Source: Cupriavidus necator (GTDB lineage Bacteria > Pseudomonadota > Gammaproteobacteria > Burkholderiales > Burkholderiaceae). Taken from it: 32,000 nt of DNA. Of the stretch, positions 18,222 to 26,065 are shown one piece after another (within the stretch, counting starts at the first letter, position 1; each line of letters begins with the position of its first letter). The notes under the pieces were generated by a model, which was not told the DNA's origin, did not search any database, and saw only the letters and a program-made list of their open reading frames with translations. The DNA is taken from positions 420,001 to 452,000 of the forward strand of contig NZ_CP066018.1 of the NCBI RefSeq assembly GCF_016127575.1, in the 5' to 3' direction. Position numbers and translations under genes: made by a program.

Positions 18222-20081
18222 TTACTCGTCGCGGGCGGTGAAGATGCCCGTATTGACCTGGATGCCGCGCCGGATCAGGTCCTGGTAGAAATCCGGGATA
18301 TACGAGGTCGCGACATAGCGCCCCTTGACCTTGCCGTCGGCACCGTAGCCTTCCTCGCGGAACATGAACACGTCCTGCAGCTGCACCACGCCCGTTTCCA
18401 TGCCGCTGACCTCGGTGATATGCGTCACGCGCCGCGAACCGCAGGAGAAGCGCGTCTGCTGCACGATCACGTCGACCGCCGAGCAGACCTGTTCGCGAAT
18501 GGCCTGCACCGGCAGGTCCAGCCCCGCCATCAGCGTCATCACCTCAAGACGCGACAGGCAGTCCCGCGGCGAGTTGGCGTGGGCCGTGGTCAGCGAGCCG
18601 TCATGGCCGGTATTCATGGCCTGCAGCATGTCCAGCGCTTCCCCGCCCCGGCATTCGCCGACGACGATGCGGTCCGGGCGCATGCGCAGGCAGTTCTTGA
18701 CCAGGTCGCGGATCGTCACCGCGCCCTTGCCTTCCATATTGGGCGGCCGCGCCTCCAGCGACACCAGGTTGGGCTGCGACAGCTGCAGCTCGGCCGCATC
18801 CTCGACCGTGACGATGCGTTCGTCATCCGGGATGAAGCTGGACAGCACGTTCAGCAGCGTGGTCTTGCCTGAGCCCGTGCCGCCGGAGATCACGATATTG
18901 GCGCGCCGCTCCACGGCGGTGCGCAGGAACTCCAGCATCTCGGGCGACAGCGAGCCGAAGCCGACCAGGTCTTCGCCCCTGAGCTTCTTGCGCGAGAACT
19001 TCCGGATGGTGATGTTCGGCCCCTTGAGGGCGAGCGGCGGGATCACCGCGTTCACGCGCGAGCCATCGGGCAGGCGCGCATCGACCATCGGCGAGCTTTC
19101 ATCGATGCGCCGTCCCAGCGGCGCGACGATGCGCTCGATGGCGCCCAACACGGCGCGGTCGTCGGTAAAGATCACCGGCGAACGCGTCAGCCTGCCGGCG
19201 CGCTCGACAAAGATCTCGTCATGGCAGTTGACCATGATTTCCGAGACCGCGTCATCGTCCAGCAGCTCTTCGAGCGGACCCAGCCCGATCACTTCGTCAA
19301 AGACGCTCTGCTTGAGCGCGTCCAGCGGGATCTCCTGGCTGCGGAACACGCTCTCCTTGAGGATGTCGTCGAGCAGCGAGCCGACCAGTTCGCATAGCTC
19401 GTCCTCGGCCATGCGCGCGACGTTGACGCGGCGCAGGTCGAGCGCAGCGATCAGGCGCTGGTGCGCCTGCTTGCGCAGTTCCACGCCGCGCGGCGAGTTG
19501 ATGGGTGCGCGCAAGGCCTCGTCGAGCGGCGCCACCGGCGCAGGTTTGGCGGCCACCGGCGCTGGCTTCGGCGCAGGTGCCGGCGGCCTGGGTGCGGGCA
19601 CCGCTTCGCGCGGCACCGGCACGCTTGCCTGGGGCGATGGCGACAGGGTCACCGCCTCCCGCGGCGGCGACGGAGGCGGCACAGGCATGGGCACCGGCAC
19701 CACCGGTTGAGGCGCCGCGGCATCCTGTGGTGGTTGGGCGTGGTGCTGCTGCGGCGATGGCTGCGCCGCCACGCCCGCTCCCGCTCGCCCCGGCTCGGCC
19801 ACGACGGACAGCACGAAGCCGCCGATCTCGATCTGGTCGGCCGCCGCCAGCGGGCCATAGCGCGTGACCGGGTCGCCATTGATCAGCGTCGAGGCAATGC
19901 CGCCCTGATCCTCGATATACCAGCCGCCGTTGTGTCCTTCGATGCGGGCGTGGACCTTGCCGATCAGCAGGCCCTTGAGGACGATGTCGCAGCCGGGATC
20001 CTTGCCGATGGTACAGCCCGGCCCCTTCACATGGATCACCTCGGCGCTGCCATTGCGCTGCTGCAGGCGGATATTGAGCAT
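18222..20081 (-). CDS. tadA: TadA/CpaF secretion ATPase with N-terminal FHA domain and Pro-rich linker
   Basis: Residues about 20-93 (GPGCTIGKDPGCDIVL...HARIEGHNGGWYIEDQGGIASTLINGDPV...IEIGGFVL) are FHA-like. Residues about 96-190 are a P/A-rich linker. Walker A ISGGTGSGKTT at 18861-18890, Walker B RIVVGECRG, and the His box GHDGSLTTAHAN. Confidence 0.92.
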   Translation of the reverse strand: MLNIRLQQRNGSAEVIHVKGPGCTIGKDPGCDIVLKGLLIGKVHARIEGHNGGWYIEDQGGIASTLINGDPVTRYGPLAAADQIEIGGFVLSVVAEPGRAGAGVAAQPSPQQHHAQPPQDAAAPQPVVPVPMPVPPPSPPREAVTLSPSPQASVPVPREAVPAPRPPAPAPKPAPVAAKPAPVAPLDEALRAPINSPRGVELRKQAHQRLIAALDLRRVNVARMAEDELCELVGSLLDDILKESVFRSQEIPLDALKQSVFDEVIGLGPLEELLDDDAVSEIMVNCHDEIFVERAGRLTRSPVIFTDDRAVLGAIERIVAPLGRRIDESSPMVDARLPDGSRVNAVIPPLALKGPNITIRKFSRKKLRGEDLVGFGSLSPEMLEFLRTAVERRANIVISGGTGSGKTTLLNVLSSFIPDDERIVTVEDAAELQLSQPNLVSLEARPPNMEGKGAVTIRDLVKNCLRMRPDRIVVGECRGGEALDMLQAMNTGHDGSLTTAHANSPRDCLSRLEVMTLMAGLDLPVQAIREQVCSAVDVIVQQTRFSCGSRRVTHITEVSGMETGVVQLQDVFMFREEGYGADGKVKGRYVATSYIPDFYQDLIRRGIQVNTGIFTARDE

Positions 20082-20088
20082 GGCCGGA

Positions 20089-21630
20089 TCAGCCTCCGTT
20101 CATCGGATCGACGCCGGGCGGGGGCAGCGGCGGCCGCTTCTGCTCCATCACTTCCTGCTCACGCACGGCATTCGCAGCGGGCAGCGGGCTTGGCTCGCCG
20201 AAGCGGTGGCGGTAGTTGGCATCGACATCCGCGCCACGCTGCAGCAGCGCGGCGTTCTCCGGGCTGGCCGGGTCATAGACGACCGGGGTGACAAAGATCA
20301 CCAGGTCGCTCTTGTTGTTGCGGAATTCGTCGGAACGGAACAATCGCCCGAGGATAGGGATGCTGCCCAGCAGCGGCACCTTGTCGACGGCCTTGGATGC
20401 GTCGGCATTGACCAGCCCCGAGATCGCCAGCGTTTCGCCCGCGCGGATCGAGGTCTCGGAGGTGGTGCGGCGCGTCAGGAAGGCCGGGAAGCCGCCGAAC
20501 GATACCGACGGGTCGATCTGGCTGATCTCGGTTTCCAGCGTGGTCGAGATGACATTGTCGACGTTCACCGCCGGGCGGATGTTGAGCTTGATGCCGTACG
20601 GCTTGTAGTCGACGTCGGTGGTGCCGAACGCGCCGGCCTTGGGAATCGGCACTTCGCCGCCGGCCAGGAAGGTGGCCAGCCCGCCGCTCTTGCTGTTGAG
20701 CTCCGGCGCGGCGAGCACGTAGGCATCGCCATCGGAAATGGCCAGGTTGATGCGCGAGAAGATGGTCGTGGCAATGCCGAGATAGAAGCCGCTGGCGGCG
20801 CCGGCCACCTGGCTCGGGGTATCGGTGAAGGTGGCCGCATCGGTGGACGGCAGCGTGCGATAGCGCCCGGTGTGCACCGGATTGCCCGCGAACGCGATCT
20901 GCGGGCCGTTGAAGCTCTGCTGCCAGGCAATGCCAAGCTTCTCCATGCCGCGCCGGGTGATCTCCATGATGTGCACCTTGAAGTGCACGGTCTTCTTCAG
21001 CGCATCGCCCTCGTCGGCGCGCACCAGGTTGACCACGCTGTCCAGGCCCGAGGTGGCGGTCTTGATCAGCGGCACCATCTGCGGATCGACGATGCCCGAC
21101 AGCACCACGCTGGGACCGACCACCTCGATCTTCAGGCCGCGCACGCTGCCCAGCGACGCCCGCAGGCGCTGGGCCACGTCGGCGGTATCGGCCGGCGCCA
21201 CGCGCAGCTTGCCCTGCAGCGCCACGCCGCGCTCGTTCCAGACGATCAGGCTGGTGGTGCCGATCTCCTCTGCCAGCAGCAGCAGGCGGCCGTCGACCAC
21301 GGTGCTGCTGACCAGCGCGCCATTGCCGATGGCCACGCGCCTGATGGTGCCCGGCACCTCGAGCGCGCGCACCTCGCCCTTGAACAGCTCGATCGCACCA
21401 AAGCGCGCCGGCAGCTCGTACGACGGCGGCTGCGCGCCTGTGCGGGCCGCGGTGGTCACGGGCTCGGCGGCCCAGGCTCCCGAGGCCAACGCTGCTGCCG
21501 CCAGTGCTGCCATACCCCCGCGCACCGCATGGCGCGCCCCCTTACCCGTTTTCCCGTCCGGTGCTCCGTGTACCGTGACCGCCTGCAGGCGCCCGGCGAT
21601 GCCGCCGCGCTGCGCGAAAGACCCATCCAT
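20089..21630 (-). CDS. rcpA: Tad secretin RcpA/CpaC
   Basis: Pilus-formation N-domain (IRRVAIGNGALVSSTVVDGRLLLLAEEIGTTSLIVWN). C-terminal secretin core (VPLLGSIPILGRLFRSDEFRNNKSDLVIFVTP). The start is uncertain: ATG 21630, or about 21513-21525 just before the signal peptide MAALAAAALASGAWA. Confidence 0.88.
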   Translation of the reverse strand: MDGSFAQRGGIAGRLQAVTVHGAPDGKTGKGARHAVRGGMAALAAAALASGAWAAEPVTTAARTGAQPPSYELPARFGAIELFKGEVRALEVPGTIRRVAIGNGALVSSTVVDGRLLLLAEEIGTTSLIVWNERGVALQGKLRVAPADTADVAQRLRASLGSVRGLKIEVVGPSVVLSGIVDPQMVPLIKTATSGLDSVVNLVRADEGDALKKTVHFKVHIMEITRRGMEKLGIAWQQSFNGPQIAFAGNPVHTGRYRTLPSTDAATFTDTPSQVAGAASGFYLGIATTIFSRINLAISDGDAYVLAAPELNSKSGGLATFLAGGEVPIPKAGAFGTTDVDYKPYGIKLNIRPAVNVDNVISTTLETEISQIDPSVSFGGFPAFLTRRTTSETSIRAGETLAISGLVNADASKAVDKVPLLGSIPILGRLFRSDEFRNNKSDLVIFVTPVVYDPASPENAALLQRGADVDANYRHRFGEPSPLPAANAVREQEVMEQKRPPLPPPGVDPMNGG

Positions 21631-21684
21631 TGCGTGTTCCGTCAGTTGGTGTTCTGGATAATCCGATGTCGTGCACCGCCGCGC

Positions 21685-22716
21685 TCAACGCGAGGCCGGC
21701 CGGCCCGCCATGGCGTTGGCGGCGTTGGCAACGGCGCCCTGCTGGGCCTGGGCGATGCCGCCCGCGGAACCGCCCATGGACCCGCCATTGGCCAGCGCCG
21801 AAGAAATGGCGTTGCCGATGTCCTGCGCGGTAGGCAGCTTGGAGATCATGTTGGCGCCCGCGGAACGGCCACCGACGATGTATTCGATGGCCGCTTCGTC
21901 GCCACCGGCGAAGAGCGCGTGCTCGCTGACCGCGATCTGCGGGGTCGCGGTCTTGTCGGCCGCATTGCGCAGCACCGCGCGCAGGCTGCCGACCTTCTGC
22001 GCCAGCGCCAGCCGCGCCGCCTGTTCGGGCGACACCATCAGCGTGAGGCTGTCGTAATCCGGGTTGGTGTCCACGCCCTCCGCGCCTTCCGCGGCCTGCG
22101 CCGCCATGGCTTCGCCATAGTCGCGCGGGCGCACGTCCTGGCCGGTGGCCAGCACCAGCATGTCCGACATCAGCAGCCGCGCGGTCTGCTTGTCGGTGCC
22201 TGCCGCAGTGGGCGAGGTGGAGCTGATCAGGAACAGGTCGACATGGTTGCCAGGCTTGAGCATCTTGGCCGTCGAGTTGACCATGTCGACCTCGATGGTG
22301 AAGGCGCGCTTGCCGGGCTTGAGCAGGTCGGAGAAATCGCGCGACTGCAGCGCTTCAACGTCGGCACGCCGCACCGGCTGGCCCTGCCGCACCTGGCGCA
22401 CCAGGCGCAGGTTCGCCACCTTGTCGAAGCTGCTCGCCAGGATCATGTCTTCGTAGACCAGGTCGGCCGGAATCTCCCGTGCCGCGAAGCCATTGCCGTC
22501 GATCACCGTGCCCGGCGCGGCGTTGCGCACCGGCACCATGACAGCCACGCGGCGGCCCTCGTTCAGCTGCGCGGCCAGCTGCTCTTTCAGTGCCGCTTCG
22601 CGCCCGCTCAGGAAGTGGTAGATCCACAGTGTCAGCAGGCCGGCGACCAGCACGGCGATGACGAGGACGACCCAGGGATTCCCGATGATTGAATGAATCT
22701 TGATTTTCTTCAGCAT
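21685..22716 (-). CDS. cpaB: Flp pilus assembly protein CpaB/RcpC with Gly/Ala-rich C-terminal tail
   Basis: N-terminal TM segment (WVVLVIAVLVAGLLTLWIY), then a SAF-like domain (VAVMVPVRNAAPGTVI), then an RcpC-like domain. The last 70 aa or so are low complexity. Confidence 0.85.
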   Translation of the reverse strand: MLKKIKIHSIIGNPWVVLVIAVLVAGLLTLWIYHFLSGREAALKEQLAAQLNEGRRVAVMVPVRNAAPGTVIDGNGFAAREIPADLVYEDMILASSFDKVANLRLVRQVRQGQPVRRADVEALQSRDFSDLLKPGKRAFTIEVDMVNSTAKMLKPGNHVDLFLISSTSPTAAGTDKQTARLLMSDMLVLATGQDVRPRDYGEAMAAQAAEGAEGVDTNPDYDSLTLMVSPEQAARLALAQKVGSLRAVLRNAADKTATPQIAVSEHALFAGGDEAAIEYIVGGRSAGANMISKLPTAQDIGNAISSALANGGSMGGSAGGIAQAQQGAVANAANAMAGRPASR

Positions 22717-22758
22717 GAATGTGCTTGCAGTAGCCAGACGCCGCCCGCTGGCGGTGCG

Positions 22759-22932
22759 TCAGGGAAGTGACAGGGAAAAGCTGTATGCCTGAAAGAAGGA
22801 CCTGAACGCCGCGGCCAGCATGCTGATGACCGAGTTGTCGCCGCCGGCGACCAGCACGGCAACGACCAGCAGCGTGATGACGATGTATTCGAACGCGGCC
22901 TGCCCGCGCTGGCGCCTGCTACGGATTGCCAT
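22759..22932 (-). CDS. 57-aa Flp-like mini-prepilin, not in the ORF track
   Basis: The ATG at 22932 lies 4 nt after the upstream TAG, with GGAG 7 nt upstream. Translation: MAIRSRRQRG/QAAFEYIVITLLVVAVLVAGGDNSVISMLAAAFRSFFQAYSFSLSLP. This is an exact G/XXXXEY Flp processing motif followed by a TM helix. The nucleotides were cross-checked against the overlapping track ORF 22710..23441. Confidence 0.6.
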   Translation of the reverse strand: MAIRSRRQRGQAAFEYIVITLLVVAVLVAGGDNSVISMLAAAFRSFFQAYSFSLSLP

Positions 22933-22936
22933 CGCG

Positions 22937-23662
22937 CTACTCCGGCCGCGCCACGGTGATCACCGCGTCGGTCTGGCCGGCGCGGTCGACAAAGGTGGCA
23001 TCCATGCGTTCCTGCTGCCGCTGCATGGCCAGCGTGAGGCCCTCGATGCGGCCCGAACCGTCGGCCACGGGCGCGGGCATCTGCACCACCGAACTCCAGC
23101 CCTGCGCCGCCAGCCGCTCGGCGGCGCGCTGCCGCGCCGCCTGCGCGTTGCCGGGCAGCCGGACCACCAGGGTGCGCCCGCGCTGGCCGCGGTCCGTGCT
23201 CTGGACATCCGACAGGACCTTGGCGCCGGGCGGCAGGCCCAGGTCGCCCAGCCCGGTGCCGGACGCCACCGGCGCCAGCTTGCTGACCGAGAAGATGCCC
23301 GCCACATGCCCGCCCGGCGCGGGCCTGGGCTCCAGCGACAGCACATAGTGGCAAAGCCCGTCGATCGCGCTCAGCACGTACTGGCCGCCGGCCCGCTGCC
23401 CGCGCGCCGGCACGCCTTCGCGCGTCCAGTACTGGCGCCACGCGTCCGAGACCGCTTCGGCGGTGCCGGCGAACTCCATCGTCAGCACCCGCGTGGGCAG
23501 GCCGTTGACCACCATGTCGGTGCCGACCGCATGCGCCCTGGCAGGCGCAACCGGCTGCCGCGTGCAGTCCGTCGCGGTCGCTGCCGCCGCGGACCAGGCG
23601 AGCGCGGCCGGCAGCAGCGCGGCCAGGCAGCGCATCAGCACGCCATGCATGCAGGCTTTCAT
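22937..23662 (-). CDS. Exported hypothetical protein embedded in the Tad locus
   Basis: 241 aa. Signal peptide MRCLAALLPAALAWSAAAA. The start is 1 nt after the upstream stop (TGAgATG). I recognise no family motif. Confidence 0.65.
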   Translation of the reverse strand: MKACMHGVLMRCLAALLPAALAWSAAAATATDCTRQPVAPARAHAVGTDMVVNGLPTRVLTMEFAGTAEAVSDAWRQYWTREGVPARGQRAGGQYVLSAIDGLCHYVLSLEPRPAPGGHVAGIFSVSKLAPVASGTGLGDLGLPPGAKVLSDVQSTDRGQRGRTLVVRLPGNAQAARQRAAERLAAQGWSSVVQMPAPVADGSGRIEGLTLAMQRQQERMDATFVDRAGQTDAVITVARPE

Positions 23663-23663
23663 C

Positions 23664-24473
23664 TCAGCGGCTCCCCAGGCGGTCGGCGGGGACCACGTCG
23701 GGCTGGATGCGGCCCAGGTCCAGTTTCAGGATTTCCGGCCCGAAGGCGGCCAGCCCGACGGTCAGCGCGGTGTCGATCACGCCGCCCTTGCTGGTGGGCA
23801 CCGCTTCCTTGATCACGGCGAGCGTGCCGTTGCGCCCCTCGGGCGTCCAGGCGTTGGTCAGCAGCACGGTGTGGTCCTGCATGCCGAAGCCGGTCCAGCC
23901 CGGCCACAGCGCGCGCAGGGCCGCGTTGTCGCCGGCGACGGACAACCCCACCTCGGCCCGGTAGAGGTTGCGCGTGGCCAGGTCGAAGCCGGCACTGACC
24001 GCGTTGGCCGCACCCATGGCAGCCGTGATCGGCTTGAGCGTGGCTGCCGGGGTTTCGTCGACGCCGCTGCCCAGGGTCACGTCGGCATAGTTGCGCAGCA
24101 TGTCGACGCCGGCATGGTCCTTCCACATCGGCGCCATGCCGCCGGGCAGGCGGCGCGCGGTGCGGTCGCTCGACGCCAGCGCGGCCTGGTCGTGCCCCAG
24201 CACGCGCTGCACGAATTCGCTGCGGATCTCTTCGTCGCCCTTGCTGGCGAAGCTGCCGTGCGACGCGCGCCAGCCCGGGTCGACGGTCCAGACCGTGCGC
24301 TCCCAGCCGGCATAGCGCGAGGCCATCAGCGCCTTGTTGCGCACGTCGCTGAACTTGCCCAGCATCGCCATGCCGAGAAACAGCACGCCGAGCACCGTCA
24401 TCGCGGCGATCACGAATTCGATCATTGCCTGTCCGGCTGCCCGGTTCGGCCTGGCTGGCCTGCGCATGCGCAT
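23664..24473 (-). CDS. TadE/TadF-like pseudopilin
   Basis: Track ORF 23664..24512 trimmed to ATG 24473 (GGGAG SD, 10 nt after the tadG-like stop). The N-terminus RAAG/QAMIEFVIAAMTVLGVLFLG fits G/XXXXEF. Confidence 0.8.
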   Translation of the reverse strand: MRMRRPARPNRAAGQAMIEFVIAAMTVLGVLFLGMAMLGKFSDVRNKALMASRYAGWERTVWTVDPGWRASHGSFASKGDEEIRSEFVQRVLGHDQAALASSDRTARRLPGGMAPMWKDHAGVDMLRNYADVTLGSGVDETPAATLKPITAAMGAANAVSAGFDLATRNLYRAEVGLSVAGDNAALRALWPGWTGFGMQDHTVLLTNAWTPEGRNGTLAVIKEAVPTSKGGVIDTALTVGLAAFGPEILKLDLGRIQPDVVPADRLGSR

Positions 24474-24483
24474 GTCCGCTCCC

Positions 24484-26013
24484 TCAGTTGCCCTGTGCCG
24501 CGATCGCGGCAACGCGTTCGAGATCGCTGGTCTGCGTCAGCGATGCCTGCCAGTACGGATTGAAGAGGCTCGGGTATTCGATGCGCGAATCGGCGCGCCG
24601 CCACCCCGCCGCGCTGCGCAGCGCACCCGCCATGCCGCCGCTGTCGGTCGGGCGGATAAAGTACGCGCTGCCGCTGGCCAGCGCGCGCATCATGCCGCCG
24701 GCCATGCGCCCGTCCAGCGTCAGGCGATCTCCGCCCGGCAGCACGCGCGAACTGGTGACGACTGAAGTGTCCTGGCGCTGCGCCTCGATCGTGATCGAGG
24801 GCGCGCGGTTGAAATCGTCCACGGGCCCGGTGCCAGGCTTGGGCTGGTTGCTCAGGTCGGCGTACTCCTGCAGCCCCGCGGGCTTGTTGTGCAGGGTCTT
24901 GCCCGGGCCCGACGAGTACTGCATCTGCGCGGCGATCAGCGTCAGCGGGTTCAGCAGCGAACCGCCGAAGTTGCTGTAGCCGCCATAGCCGGAGCGGCCC
25001 GAATAGCGCCCGCCCGGGCCATTGGCCGCGCCGCCGCGCCCGACACTGGACACCGTGGGAATCGCAAACCCGACCGGGCCGGCCGGCGTGGCCCAGACAC
25101 AGGCAAGCGTGCCGTTGGCCTGCGAGGCATCGAGTGCTTCCCAGCCCTTCTTGTCGCGGCGCAGATGCGTGCCGCCATCATGCGTGACGACGGTCACCAT
25201 GATGGCCACCACCGCGCCCTTGCAGCCCTTGTAGGCAGTGGGGACCGCCGTCGGCGAGCGCGGCGAGCCGCGGTCCTTCAAAAAGCCGTCGAGCGTGGTG
25301 CCGTCGGTGGTGACGTCGGCAAAGCGGTCCTTGCCGGTGGCCGAACCCTGCTTGGGATTCTGCGGATCAGTCACGGTGGTGAACTTGGTCCAGCGGGCCA
25401 GCTGAACGCCATAGCGCGGGCCAAAGAAGTAGCCGGAACTGACCGTCGAATCCGGCTGGTTGCGCTTGGCGACTTCGTCGGTCACCAGCGGTACCGCGGC
25501 GATGGTGCCCGCGTGGTAGGCGCGCTGCGCCATGCTGAGCGCGGCGATGATGTCATCAAGCCCGGTCACCAGCGGCGGCAGCAGCGTGTTCAGGGCGGAT
25601 CGCACCGGCGTGATCGCGGCCTTGCCCAGTTGCTTGGGCGTGGTCCACAGCAACTGCCCGTCGGAGAAGATCTTGACCAGCGTGTCGATCCAGGTGTTTT
25701 CCGTGTAGGTGCCCTTCAGCTCGTCGATCCACGACTTAAGGCTCACGGCCTGGGCCACGGCCACCTGGTTGGCCACCATCGCGCGGTTCGCGTAGGCGGC
25801 AAAGTTGTAGTCGCGCGCCTGCAGCACCGCGGCGCTATAGGCCGCTGCGTCCGCCGTGTTCTGCAGCTTGGTCTTGGCGCTGGTCAGCTGGCTCGCGTTG
25901 AAGGCGAGATACAGGGCCAGCCCGCCGATGGCGAGGAACACCAGCGCGAAGGCGAGTGCCTGACCGCGCTGGCCGGGACGGCTGCGTCGATGCGCAAGAC
26001 CTGTTTTGCCCAT
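24484..26013 (-). CDS. tadG: TadG-like pilus assembly protein
   Basis: The N-terminus GQRGQALAFALVFLAIGGLALYLAFNASQLTSAKTKLQNTADAAAYSAAV matches the TadG N-terminal (Tad_N) pattern. I prefer ATG 26013 over the track TTG 26049. Confidence 0.78.
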   Translation of the reverse strand: MGKTGLAHRRSRPGQRGQALAFALVFLAIGGLALYLAFNASQLTSAKTKLQNTADAAAYSAAVLQARDYNFAAYANRAMVANQVAVAQAVSLKSWIDELKGTYTENTWIDTLVKIFSDGQLLWTTPKQLGKAAITPVRSALNTLLPPLVTGLDDIIAALSMAQRAYHAGTIAAVPLVTDEVAKRNQPDSTVSSGYFFGPRYGVQLARWTKFTTVTDPQNPKQGSATGKDRFADVTTDGTTLDGFLKDRGSPRSPTAVPTAYKGCKGAVVAIMVTVVTHDGGTHLRRDKKGWEALDASQANGTLACVWATPAGPVGFAIPTVSSVGRGGAANGPGGRYSGRSGYGGYSNFGGSLLNPLTLIAAQMQYSSGPGKTLHNKPAGLQEYADLSNQPKPGTGPVDDFNRAPSITIEAQRQDTSVVTSSRVLPGGDRLTLDGRMAGGMMRALASGSAYFIRPTDSGGMAGALRSAAGWRRADSRIEYPSLFNPYWQASLTQTSDLERVAAIAAQGN

Positions 26014-26065
26014 GTTCCGGGATCGCGAGTGCTGGAGCGCAGCGAGCAACTGGCGGCGATGCCGC

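Noticed and set aside
26014-26065. A possible attenuator hairpin (GCGGC-atc-GCCGC) between flp and the tadG-like gene, as seen after many pilin genes.
   Set aside because: The stem is only 5 bp with a 3-nt loop and no T-run, which is too weak to call.
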